From Octopus vulgaris (taxonomy: Eukaryota), in contig OX597822.1 in the NCBI GenBank assembly GCA_951406725.2, positions 33,356,001 through 33,420,000 on the forward strand: a stretch of 64,000 bases of DNA, given 5' to 3'. A program made the position numbers and the translations under genes. Below the pieces are notes generated by a model, which saw only the letters and a program-made list of their open reading frames with translations, did no database searches and had not been told where the DNA came from. The stretch's first letter is position 1. Every line of letters begins with the position of its first letter. Below are positions 49,106 to 61,865 of the stretch, piece after piece.

Positions 49106-50197
49106 ACACAATAATATAATCTCAATGGAGGTGCTGCAACACCGACCCAGCTAATTAGTTGAAGTTAATAAAGAATAAATTTTAAAAGAATTTCATTAAA
49201 GAAATTGCAAATTATCATCCTCATCATTTAACATCCGTTTTCTATGCTAGCATAGGTTGGATGGATCAACAGCAGCTGACAAGTCAAAGGACTGCACCAA
49301 GATCCAATGACTGCTTTGGCATGGCTCTAAGGCTGGATGCCCTTCCGTAATGCTGACCAATTTACAGAGTGTATTGGGTGCATTTTATGTGGCACCAGCT
49401 TCAGTGAAGTCATCAATCACCTCACAAGGTAAGACCACACTGGTAGGCTTTATGCCAGGTGATGAGAGATTACAGTATGATAGAGGGTCTGAAACAGGTG
49501 TCCCGCAGTAATGAAGATACATGATTACATCAGTTGGAAAAGAGAGAAGATGGCAGGGAAGATGTGAATGATGTATATAAGAGAAATGATATGATTAAGC
49601 AAGTTCATGAGAGTGTGAAATGAGGGTGGAAGATGGACAGAAATGGATAGAGATGCAGTGATTGATGGACATGAGTAAAATTTTAAACTTATGTCAAAAG
49701 AAAATATATGAGTAATTTAAATAAATATTTCAACAAAATAAAAAGATTGGAAAAAAAATTAATTTGTAAGCAGATTAATAGCATGCAAAATAAAAGTAAG
49801 ATTTATCCCCACCAAAAATCTAGGAAACTGGTATGTAATTATAGTTGTGAAGAATCAAGCATTTAAGTCAAGCAAATTCAGTTTAAGGTAGCTAAATGAG
49901 TATAATGAGTTTTATACTCAACAGTTTTGCAGGCTTCTGCTATACTAAGGTAGAGTAACAGTAGAAATGCATAAGGCCCCTACTTAAAAGATTTTCTGCA
50001 ACAAGCAACGGACTTTAATGTTTTGTTTTGTTTTTAAATACACCAATAAGAAAAAGAATATTCATTCTTTGTATAGCATATTTATTCCTTATATACCATT
50101 ACAAGACAAACTCTAATATAATCTACCACCCAACAAGCATTCACAGCTGAATTATTTTCTATTTGCTATTTTAACTACATAGTTACAGACTTTAATG

Positions 50198-51237
50198 CAT
50201 GGGTTGCCAAAGGGGGTCCGAGGGATTACAGGGGTTCGATGATGGCCAAGGGGTTGAATGGGGGTCAGCATGCGAAAGACCAGCTCATCCAGATGAAATG
50301 CTTGAAATAGTCAGTGCCGTGAAACACGGGAAAACATGATAAATTTTTACTGCAGCGAGAAATCTGCTGTTTTCTAATGTTCGAGGCAGGCCTGATGTAT
50401 TGTAAATCTGTATTGTAATCGAAGATTGAGAGATGTGATTGAGGGGAAGCAGACTGTCAAGTGTTTGCTTATAGAAATTGCATGAACCTGGAGGAACGAG
50501 GTGATTTGAGACTGAAACTGACCAACATTTAGCCAGATATCAATGATTTAGGATCACCATGCCCATCCATCACATTGATGCTGTCAATTTCAATAAAAGA
50601 TATTCCAGCAATATGATGCATTTTGCTCATTTTCTCACCATCAGAGCAATTTCATAAAAATTGAAAGTTTAATACTGTATACTCGTATATGTAGTTTTAT
50701 ATGTAAAAAGTGTGTCATCTTCAATGGAATTTCTTAATCTGTCATACATGTATATTTTAATTAACATTTTAATTGCCAGTATCAGCACCCAGTATGCTTT
50801 TAACCCTTTAGCATTCAGATTATTCTATCGAAATAATGCTTATTTATTCACATTGTTTTGATTTAATCATGGCTTATCTCATAGCTTCAAGATTTCAATG
50901 ACGTGATTGATTGTTTTTAGAATGACATTTTAGGGTACATGTGAGAGGTCAGATCTGGCTGGTCTGAACATAAAACGGGTGGAATATTTGGGCCGGATAT
51001 GGCCGGTTTAAATGCTAAAGGGTTAAAGTATGATACAGTAGGGTAGGGTATTAAGATATTTCAAATGAAGTGGGTAGTCAATGCAGAAGGCGAATTGGCT
51101 AAAGAAGGTCAATACAAAAAAAGAAGTGGGTAAAGGGGGTTCAATGTAGAAGGAGAATTGGCTAAAAGGGGATCGATGCGGGAAGAAGAAGTGGCTGAAG
51201 GCGGGGTCGCTGGTATAAAAAAGTTTGGCAACCCCTG
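50198..51237 (+). mobile_element. hAT (Buster/Charlie-type) deletion derivative
   Basis: TIRs catgggttgccaaa / tttggcaacccctg and 8-bp TSD ctttaatg / ctttaaag. Remnant transposase C-terminus RNCMNLEERGDLRLKLTNI*PDINDL...HAHPSH* at about 50470-50578. Confidence 0.8.
50800..51026. mobile_element. piggyBac-like MITE nested in the hAT element
   Basis: ttaa|ccctttagcatt ... aatgctaaaggg|ttaa. Confidence 0.85.
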
Positions 51238-51489
51238 CTTTAAAGAATGTCTGAATGAAGTGCTAGTCCTGTTATTTTTCACTCCTTGATATCTAATGAA
51301 TCTAATCATCCATTGATAGAGTAAGTGACTCAAGTTATCAAACTTCCAGGAGATAAATAAAATACAGGGTTTTTCTCCCAGTTTCTTTGCAGATGGAAAG
51401 CTGAAAGTATTTTAGTTCACTTGCACTGAAAATAATGGCACAGGGAAAAGGTATGAAAGACACAGCATCAATACTTTTTATTATCAATT

Positions 51490-51564
51490 ATATACTCTCT
51501 CTCTCTTTACACACACACACACACATATATATATATATGTATACATATATATATACATATATGT

Positions 51565-51604
<40 letters not shown>

Positions 51605-51610
51605 TTATGT

Positions 51611-51652
<42 letters not shown>

Positions 51653-51755
51653 TTATATATATATACATATAATATATAAATAATATATATATATATATAT
51701 ACATTTATGTATATATTATATATATAATATATATATATCAATAATATATCATTTA

Positions 51756-51805
<50 letters not shown>

Positions 51806-51922
51806 TATATATATACATATAATAATATAAATATATATAAATATATGCATATATACATATATATATATATATTATTATATATCGAATACATCCTTTTATA
51901 GTAAGTTTTATCTATATATGCA

Positions 51923-51994
<72 letters not shown>

Positions 51995-52067
51995 CATATG
52001 TATATACACACACATGTATATATAAGTATATGTAAATATACACATAAACACACATGCATATACATAA

Positions 52068-52100
<33 letters not shown>

Positions 52101-52145
52101 CACATATGTATGTATATGTTTGCATATATATGTGTGTGTGTGTGT
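51490..52145. repeat. Compound (TA)n/(CA)n microsatellite block
   Basis: About 650 bp of low-complexity dinucleotide repeat. Confidence 0.95.
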
Positions 52146-52613
52146 TTGCTACTGCATACGAACTGTTGTGTTGATGCTGGCATCCCATGTTGACATCATG
52201 ACCAGTTGCTTTGTGGTTTCAAAGACCTGTTGGAATATAAAAATCCCTTACCTGATAAAACTAGGTGAGGGCTGGGAGCAGGAAGAGCATCCGGCTGTAA
52301 AAATCCTGCCTCAGCAATCAATTTCCTGTCCAACAGACTTTAAACAAATGATCAAACAAATGAACAAGTAATCTTCAGTTTCCTACCTAGTTTGAAATCA
52401 GCTAAATATTGCAAGCGCCAGTGTGACATGGCTTAATAAGCTCTAACATACGACACGTCTATATCTACTCTTCTAGACATACAATCAAACACCATACTAC
52501 AGATATAAACTAAAATAAATAAATGTATGTATATATGTATGTACGTATGTGTATCATCATTGTCAGTAATGAAACGAAATAAAATTGAAGTAAGTACAAT
52601 GGAAGAATAGGTA

Positions 52614-53614
52614 TAGGGTGTGGCAGAAAGGTGGCCCTCATTTCAAAGGTTAATAAAAAACAAACACATGAAGATGCATGAAAAAGCTTTGTATTTCTAT
52701 GAAGTTCATTAAATGCCATTTTTTTCTTTTGTTTTGTTTCAGGTGGTACCCACCATGACCTGGAGTGGAAAGCATCATGCATTTGTTGTTGGAGAGTTTG
52801 TGTTTTTTTTTTTGTGTGTGTAAAGAAACACCATTTCGGACCTTGTGCTTGAGGAGACCTATTGAGTCAAGTACATCAACATCAAAAATCAATGGAAATT
52901 GTAGTTGTGATCCCTGTGCCGGTGGCACATAAAAAGCACCATCCATACATGGCCGATGCCAGTGCCGCCTTGACTGGCTTACGTGGCACATAAAAAGCAC
53001 CAACCAATCATGGCTGTTGACAGCCTCGCCTGGCACCTGTGCCGGTGGCACGTAAAAAGCACCCACTACACTCACAGAGTGGCTGGCATTAAGAAGAGCA
53101 TCCAGCTGTAGAAACACTGCCAGATCAGACAGGAGCCTGGTGCAGCCTTCTGGCTTCCCAGACCCTGGTCGAACCGTCCAATCCATACTAGCATGGAAAA
53201 CAAATGTCAAACGATGATGATGATGTTACCTGCATCGCCTTACTGGTGCTGGTAGCACGTGAAAAAACATTCGAGCAAGGTCATTGCCAGTGCTGCTGGA
53301 CTAGCTCCTGTGCAGGTGGCACATAAAAAGTACCATTTGAGCGTGGCTGTTGCCAGTACCGCCTGACTGGCCCACATGCTGGTGGCACGTAAAAGCACCC
53401 ACTACACTCTCAGAGTGGTTGGCATTAGGAAGGGCATCCAGCTGTAGAAACTCTGCAAGATCAGATTGGAGCCTGGTGCAACCATCTGGTTTGCCAGACC
53501 TCAGTCAAATCGTCCAACCCATGCTAGCATGGAAAGCGGACGTTAAACGATAATGATGATGTGTTTGATTTTTATTAACTTTTGAAATTGGGGCAAACTT
53601 TCTGATGCACCCTG
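52614..53614 (+). mobile_element. Internally deleted Tc1/mariner-superfamily element with nested family-D retro-elements
   Basis: About 45-bp imperfect TIRs: ta|tagggtgtggcagaaaggtggccctcatttcaaaggttaataaaa versus the reverse complement ta|cagggtgcatcagaaagtttgccccaatttcaaaagttaataaaa. The ATG at 52755 gives MTWSGKHHAFVVGEF, like the N-terminus of DUF4817-HTH transposases. Confidence 0.72.
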
Positions 53615-54270
53615 TACAATAATCCTTTCAACTATACACACAAAGTCTGGAATTTTAGGGGAGGGGCATAGTCGATTACATCAACCCCCAGTGCTCGACT
53701 GGTACTTACTTTATCAACCTCGAAAGCATGAACAGCAAAGTCAACCTCGGCAGAATTTGAACTTAGAACGTAAAGACAGATGAAATGCTGCCAGCTCCCT
53801 AATCAAAGAATATGCATAATAGTAATAAGTCTTTCCAATTTTGGCTTGAGGCTAGCAATTTTAAGAGAAAGGGGTAAATTGATTATGTTCATCCCAGTGT
53901 CCTTCTTTTGTCAACCCCAAAAGCAGGGCAAGCAAAGTTGACCGCTTGAACTAAAGCGCAAAAGACAGATTAAATGCTGCCAAGCATTTTGTACAGTGAG
54001 CCAAAGATTCTGCCAGCTGGCCAGCTTTGGTGTAACAATATTTTTTTTAAAAAATAATAATAATAATAATAATAATAATTAATAGTAAAATCATTATAAC
54101 AGTATGATTAGAAAGATAATTGGATGCTGATACAGATATCCCTATCAGTGAAATCAGTGAAATATATATAAAATATCGATAAAAATATATACTCATATTT
54201 TTCAGTTCTATTTTCCTTGCTCATATCACCAAACTTGTAGTGTGTATATAAATGTGTGCACATGTGTGTG

Positions 54271-54323
<53 letters not shown>

Positions 54324-54376
54324 TATATATATATACAAACACATATATATATATACACACACATACATACATATAT

Positions 54377-54458
54377 ATAATTATTAAAGAGGACAACAAA
54401 CATTAAGGCAAGGCAAACATTTCAAGTTATACACAATGTTGTTGTTGTTGTTGTTATA

Positions 54459-54494
<36 letters not shown>

Positions 54495-54745
54495 ATTATT
54501 ATTATTATTAATATTATTATTCAAGCAATAATAAATCTCTGAACGAGGTATAAACAGTAACTGCACAACAATGTGAGGTATATTTGCCATCTCAATATGG
54601 CTAACCAATAAGGGTGGGTATTACTGTAGCTTATAGCCCCAGGAGAACATCTCCTCCAGCTGGCTTTAGGCTCCAATAATAATATTGTATACGACTTGAG
54701 ATGTTTGCCTTGCCTTAATGTTTGTTGTCCTCCTTAATAATTATA
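54377..54745. repeat. Fold-back element (arms of about 60 bp), probable Penelope-like remnant
   Basis: taattattaaagaggacaacaaacattaaggcaaggcaaacatttcaagt pairs with acttgagatgtttgccttgccttaatgtttgttgtcctccttaataatta. Confidence 0.75.
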
Positions 54746-54881
54746 TATCCGCTGCATCAAAAACTGCAATGGCTCCCCGTCTCATCTATAACCTTGGAGC
54801 CCCAGTTATCCGTTACAGCACTTACCTAGCATACCGCATCATTTGGATCACCTATGAACTAAACCCCCATGCTTTGCATAC

Positions 54882-54926
<45 letters not shown>

Positions 54927-55203
54927 CATAGATATACATACATACACATATGCTGATATTCACATACACACACCTGAAAAGAAAGTCATTTATACAGTAC
55001 CTACTAGTACCAACTAACACCAAATACTATCTATACAATCACCAGTGACAGAAAGAATCCATTCCTTTGGTTTTGTTTGTCTTTTTAGCTTTAGCTTTTT
55101 TTGACTTTTCTTTACGGCAGCTAACCAAGGATGCGCATTAAGTTAAAGAGTGAAAGATGAAATACAACAGCTTGACAACAGTTGGAAGTTAATTCATACT
55201 TAC

Positions 55204-55212
55204 CAATCAAAT
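55204..55212 (-). CDS. Candidate 9-nt microexon of the SLC12A gene
   Basis: Minus strand reads cttccttctctatatttcag|ATTTGATTG|gtaagt: a pyrimidine tract, CAG acceptor and consensus donor. Open in phase 1 (x-L-I), which matches the phase-1 start of exon 32332. Confidence 0.55.
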
Positions 55213-55519
55213 CTGAAATATAGAGAAGGAAGTCGTAAGCGAAAACAGTTCACAGGCATAACTACTGAATCAGCAGTTGTTTCATAGTTTTTTTGTCTTA
55301 AAATTAACAATGATAACGATCAATTCATACAGTTGACATGCAAACTAACTGATGGGATGTTAGTATAGGAAAAAAACGCCAGGGAACTTTTTAAGGTAGA
55401 AGTTTAGAGCTGTCCCTTTGCACTGCAAAGCACTTTTAATGTATGGTATGGACATATGGAACTAGCGGAAGGATTGCATTATGTTGCACTGAAGAATTTC
55501 TGTGATTTATCTTTCAACC

Positions 55520-55710
55520 AAGAGAGTGAGCAATCAGGGGAGAGAGAGAGAGAAGAGAAGAGAGAGAGAGAGAAGAGGAGAGAGAGAGAGAAGAGGAGAG
55601 AGAGAGAGAAGAGGAGAGAGAGAAGAGGAAAGAGAGAGAACAGGAGTGAGAGAACAGGGGAGAGAGAGAGGACAGGAAGTGGGAGACAGGCAGGCAGACA
55701 GACAGAGAGT
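55520..55710. repeat. Purine-rich (GA) compound repeat
   Basis: Units of gagagagagagaagag. Confidence 0.9.
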
Positions 55711-56128
55711 GGTTATAGTTTGGGGAGTCGGAGGTTCCAGTATCAGTAATAAATGGTGAAAGGTAGTCGTGGTTGTGGCATGCTTTGAAACTGACTTAAG
55801 GGTTGCTCCTCATCTGTAAGCCCTAAATTCCTTTTGTTTATACTCGTTTGTTTCTATAAGTATGTATGAATGTGTTTCTTCCTTTATCAATTCTAGAAAG
55901 ATATGTTGTTAAAGAATCATGGCTTTCAATATACATCTGGATTAGCATGCAGCTAAATACACTGGAAATGAAGGCTATGAGCAAGGCCACATTGTAAAAA
56001 ATATAAATTTAACTAAAAATGTTAAACTGAATAAATAGTAAGATAGTTTTATTCTATCATAATTACAGAATGGTAAAATATATTTTTTACTTGTCAATAA
56101 ATTCATATCATAAGAAGCCTAATCAAGA

Positions 56129-56357
56129 TTAACCCTTTCGTTACCAAACCCAGCTGAAACCGACTCTGGCTCTGAATACAAATGTCTGGTTTTCATAAGT
56201 TTTGACTTAAAATCTTCCACCAAATCTTAGTCATAATTTATGTTCCGAACACTAGCTTAATGATAAATAAGTTATTTTACTAAATTCTTTGTTATATTTA
56301 ATGTAACTGAAAGAAATACAGAGCATCTCAAAATATATACAGTAACGAAAGGGTAAA
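56129..56357. mobile_element. piggyBac-like MITE, second family
   Basis: ttaa|ccctttcgttac ... gtaacgaaaggg|taaa. A related interrupted copy ends ...gaaagggttaa at about 57830. Confidence 0.8.
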
Positions 56358-56957
56358 TGTTACAAGTAAAAATGTTTCAGATTTTTACATCAAAAATATG
56401 CAGAAAACAGAGAAATGTCATCGAATACAGAAAGGAACAGAGTATTCTCTGAAGTTAGTTGTGCATCTATACAAATCAGCAGAGATACACTTTTACACAA
56501 CTGAGTATTTGACATATACCTATACAAGTGTATCTGAATGGTGAATACATTCACACAAATGAGTCTGCATGGTATCTCACAGCGATATGAACCTACAACA
56601 AGAGTGTCAACTGTGACACACCACAAGTTTTTAGGTAACTTGCAGTAGACTTGAAAAACAATTCTCCCAACTGTACCAATTTACAAAAAAGCTTATCTAT
56701 TAATACTTAATTAAAACTAAAATACATGTATATATATATATACATCATTTGCCATGATAGATCAGTAGCCACTACACATTTTTTTTTTCTATCCTTTCTT
56801 CTCTCTCCTTCTTTCTTTCTGTGTTCCTTTCTGTGGAAGAGCGTAGGCTCGAAATGTTAAAGACTTTTTCAATTCCCAAGCATAATACTAATACATCTGT
56901 TTATTTTCTACACCACTTGTCTTTGTCTTTTGATTTTTCATGAATTCTCCCTCTATA

Positions 56958-57005
<48 letters not shown>

Positions 57006-57662
57006 TATCTGAAAATGGTACTCAAATAACAAGATTATCAAAAAAAGTTTTAAACTCAATTAAAAAGGATTATTAGCACAAACCTAACACAATGATGAAA
57101 ACCCAGCCATACAATCTCTTCATCGCACAGTTCATATGAAAAAAATCCAAACCAGTTCTACCTCCAAACATTTTTTTCTAAAAATATACCCTTTTTTTTT
57201 CTAGACGTAACTTGCTATATTATACTGCTGCAGAAAGAAATCAGGATTTCTCTGGTTACTTTTTTTACCATTAAATGCATATAGATATGAAGCCAAATAA
57301 TTTTATAACTTTTTTAAAACCAACTCACCTAAAACAGCTCCTGGTTCTATGATACAAACTTCTTGTTTTAAAGTGATCAAAATTAAAGATTTACATGTTA
57401 ATGCCATGTAAGAACCAATTGTCCCAGTGCCACATAAAAAACACCCACACCAGTGCTACATAAAAGCATCTATGCTGGTGCCATGTAAAAAAAAAAAGCA
57501 CCCAGTGCACTCAGTAAAGTGGTTGGTATTAGGAAGGGCACCCAACCATAGAAACCATACCAAAACAGAAAATTGGAGCTTGGTGCAGCTCTCAAGCTGA
57601 CCAGCTTCTGTCAAACCATCCAATCCATGCCAGCACAGAAAAAGGCGATGACGATGATGGTA

Positions 57663-57694
<32 letters not shown>

Positions 57695-58385
57695 GCAAAA
57701 TTTTCACATCAATTTATGTTCCAAACCTCAGTTTAAAGAAATTGATAAATCATTCAGTAAATTATTCATTGTATTCAAAATTAATGGAAATAAAGACAGT
57801 ATACTCCAACAGAAACATGAAAGGGTTAAATTAAGAGAAAGAAACACTACAGTTTATTATTGGTGACTGATATGAATTAGAAATAACACTATAGTAAAGC
57901 ATCAAATGACATATGAGATTCAAACTTGGCCCAATATTCCACCACAAAATCACTTATCTTTTCCTATTGATGAATTGTCAATATTCGTTCTTTCTCTGTA
58001 CAACACAGATCTTAAATGAATAAAGATAATGAATAAAAGAAAGTGGATATGGAACTTGTAACAAACAAGTTTATTGGTATTTTTCTTGCTGAACAGGAAT
58101 CATATTTTCTTAATAGAAATATAAGAATTACATTCAGTACGTTATCATCAAAGTGTCTGGGAATTTAATCGTACCAGGAAAACAGTCAAGATATTCATTT
58201 GAAGAGTGCTTTATAAAGTACAGCTAGCTGTCATTCATGAACAAGTGTGACTAGGTAATATGTACCATGTTTTTGTCCATTGTTTTTAAGTTCCGTGTAG
58301 TTGTGAGTTGACATGGACATTCTCACATCACCTTGACACTTGACTCAGAAAAACATCCAGGATGTGATAGCTGGAAGGAGAGATG

Positions 58386-59224
58386 GATACACCAGCATCT
58401 AGCTAGGAGTCATAGGATGCACTAGCATCTAGCTAGGAGTCGTAGGAAACACCAGCATCTAGCTAGGAGTCATAGGGTACACCAGCATCTAGCTAGGAGT
58501 CATAGGATAAACCAGCATCTAGCTAGGAGTCATAGAATACACCAGCATCTAGCTAAGAGTTATAGGATACACCAGCATCTAGCTAGTAGTCATAGGATAC
58601 ACCAGCATCTAGCTAGGAGTCATAGGATACACCAGCATCTAGCTAGGAGTCATAGGATACACCAGCATCTAGCTAGGAGTCATAGGATGCACCAGCATCT
58701 AGCTAGGAGTCATAGAATACACCAGCATCTAGCTAGGAGTCATAGGTTACACCAGCATCTAGCTAGGAGTCATGGGATACACCAGCATCTAGCTAGGAGT
58801 CATAGGATGCACCAGCATCTAGCTAGGAGTCATAGGATACACCAGCATCTAGCTAGGAGTCATAGGATACACCAGCATCTAGCTAGGAGTCATAGGATAC
58901 ACCAGCATCTAGCTAGGAGTCATAGGATGCACCAGCATCTAGCTAGGAGTCATAGGATACACCAGTATCTAGCTAGGAGTCATAGGATACACCAGGATCT
59001 AGCTAGGAGTCATAGGATACACCAGGATCTAGCTAGGAGTCATAGGATACACCAGCATCTTGCTAGGAGTCATAGGATACACCAGCATCTAGCTAGGAGT
59101 CATAGGATACACCAGCATCTTGCTAGGAGTCATAGGATACACCAGCATCTAGCTAGGAGTCATAGGATACACCAGCATCTAGCTAGGAGTCATAGGATGC
59201 ACCAGCATCTAGCTAGGAGTCATA
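58386..59224. repeat. 30-bp minisatellite, about 28 units (cataggatacaccagcatctagctaggagt)
   Basis: Head-to-tail units with 0-2 substitutions each and no spacers. It abuts a minus-strand CORE-type SINE 5' half (59225-59360). Confidence 0.98.
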
Positions 59225-59803
59225 AGAGTTAATTACACTGGAGTAACAAGATATGAAGAGCTTTGTTCAAGGACAAAATATATTGTTCAGACTTCAAATT
59301 GAAACTATGACCTTATGATTCTAAGTTGAATGCTCTAACCTTCAGGCCATATGCCTTCATATAACACCATCCAAACCATTATTTTGTCTATGATAATGAG
59401 ATGGATGTTTTTCATGTGATCAAAGTGTAGGACATTACACTTTGAAGTGTAGAAGCAAGTTATTTAATGCTTGTTTCATACTTAAATACTTAAAAACATG
59501 TTTAGTCACGCTCTAGAATAATACTACTGGGGTTAATAACTGCAAATATATCCAGCAAGTTAGCAACTTGACAAAAGGTGTTTTAAGCAAACAGATATAT
59601 CATTAAAAGCATTGAAAATGATTTCAGATAAGGAAATAAAATATTTCACAATGACGTTGTACAGAGTTCTGTTAATTATATGTTAACTAAATAAAGAAAT
59701 GAGAAAATAAATAATCCACACAGAATAAGGAGAAAGCACTGAGATAGATGGGTTAGAAAATGATAAAGGATGTTGTTATTTTTAGACGTGCATTTTAAAT
59801 TTA

Positions 59804-60339
59804 ACTAGCAGCATAGCCCGGGTATGTAAGAGCCCCTAGTAGGCAACGACTAATCCCAATCTAGTCTTTTCCCTCTAGGGAACGAAGGCGCATGTGTAGG
59901 TTGCAATGTCTTCTGTGTATATGATGTTCCTAGCTGTCGCTTTGGGCGAAAACGCGATTTCCCATAATGGCATGATTTTATCGATTTTTTTCTGATGGTA
60001 AGGTATTGCATGGAAAACTAACATCAGAATTAAGTTTCTTAGGGTTACATTAAGCTTCACCATGAGTTTGGTGAAAATCGATTGCAAGTTGCGAAAACTA
60101 CAACAGAAAATGTGTTGCATATAAAAAGCTGAGATTCTCGACCCCATGTCGGATTTATCGATTTTTCAAAACTGGGGGAACTTTTCAAAATTTTCGCTGC
60201 GTTAGTTTTGAATTATGACATTGGGCTATGTGTGTGTTTAGTTTCATCAGAATCGGTTGAAAGCCGTGGTCAGGGTGAGGGTACACCTGACAGACACAGA
60301 CACACAGACAGACAAACTGCCGTTTATATATAGAGAGAT
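59804..60339 (+). mobile_element. Non-autonomous Helitron/Helentron-like element
   Basis: Runs actagcagcatagcccggg...cacagacagacaaactgccgtttatatatagaga. Shares both ends with the 1300-1676 copy. Confidence 0.6.
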
Positions 60340-61813
60340 TTAGATAGAAACAATGGCACAATAGATTCAAAACCTACGTGGAGTATATTTTGAAAAAAAA
60401 ATAATGAATAAATAAAATACAATAGAACTTATAAAGTCTGGAGCTTGTCATAGTCTAAGAATCCAAACATGACGTGCCATGTGAAAAAAGCCAATTTCAA
60501 AGATTATATACTTGGCTAAACACCCAGTAAGTGTAGTTATGTATGAGTACATGTGTGTAAGAGTCCATAAGTGGTACATAGAAAAACAATATATATCTGT
60601 ATGTACACATGCACAGACAGACCCCTATTGATTTTTCTTTACTATTTGCGGACAGAGATATTATTATTTCTGCTCCCACTCTCTCCCATTCAATTTTCTA
60701 CTCGACTCAATCTGGCTGCCTTGGGCCATCTCATAAACATTTGCGATATTAAGAGAATTTTGCTATTCGTTTTCCTTCTTTCTTTTCTTTCTCTTTTTTT
60801 TTTTCTCTCCTGTCTGATGTTCTTTTATCCATTCTTTAACACTCTCCCAATAGAAGCTGAACTGAAAATAAAATATGATCGTCCACATCAAAATAGTCTA
60901 CTTCCAACCAATTAGCGCTCCACCTACTCAACCTTCTTTTTCATCCTCCTTTCTTCTTCAGTTTTGATGTGCTAACGCAGTGATTCAAACATTTTCTGAA
61001 GCTGTTCAGAATTTACATAAATACACATCATCATCATCATCAAGATCACCATCATCATCAGCAGCAGCGGCAGCAGAAGCAGTAGCAGCGTTTTAATGCT
61101 TGCCAGGTTAAGCCAAAGCTTATTGAGGTAGGTTTTCTATGACTAGATGCCCTTCTTCTTACCAACCCTTCTTCCAAGCAAGGTAATATTTTTTTCTTAT
61201 TCCCCATGGTCGGACATCACATAACGCGACAATAAGGACCCCCAAACACTCGCATATATACACATGTACATAAGACAGTCTACTTTCAGTTTCTGTCAAT
61301 CAAATCCACTCACAAGGCTTTACTTGACCCAGGGCTATCATAAAAAAGTGCCTTCCAGTGGAATTGAGCCTGAAACAGCTTTGCCTTTCATCCTTTCAGA
61401 ATTGATAAATTAAGTACCAGTTGCATACTGGGGTCGATCTAATCGACTAGCCCCCTCCCCAAAAATTTCGGGCCTTGTGCCTAGAGTAGAAAAAAATACT
61501 TGCCCAAGGTGCTGTGCAGTGGAACTGAACCAGAAATCAGTAATCACTGAGTTTTAAAACAGATTTCTCAATTACACAGCCTTGCTTGTGTCTGTATATT
61601 CATAAATTGTTATGGATTATGTCACCAACGTTTCTAGAATTCTCTAGAATTCTAGTACCTTTGAAAATATCAGTCATCACCACCACTTTTACATCTGTTT
61701 TTTCCATGCTGGCATGGGTTAGATTTTTTTGAGGCAGTACGATGCAACCAGATGATTTTCTTGACATCAATCCTTACTTGTTTTCAATTGAACGTGGTAT
61801 GCACATACATGCA

Positions 61814-61865
<52 letters not shown>

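Noticed and set aside
58386-59224. CRISPR-like array, or a His-rich protein ORF (58687-59232)
   Set aside because: Units are contiguous with no unique spacers, there are no cas genes, and the context is a eukaryotic intron. The ORF follows from a stop-free 30-bp unit.
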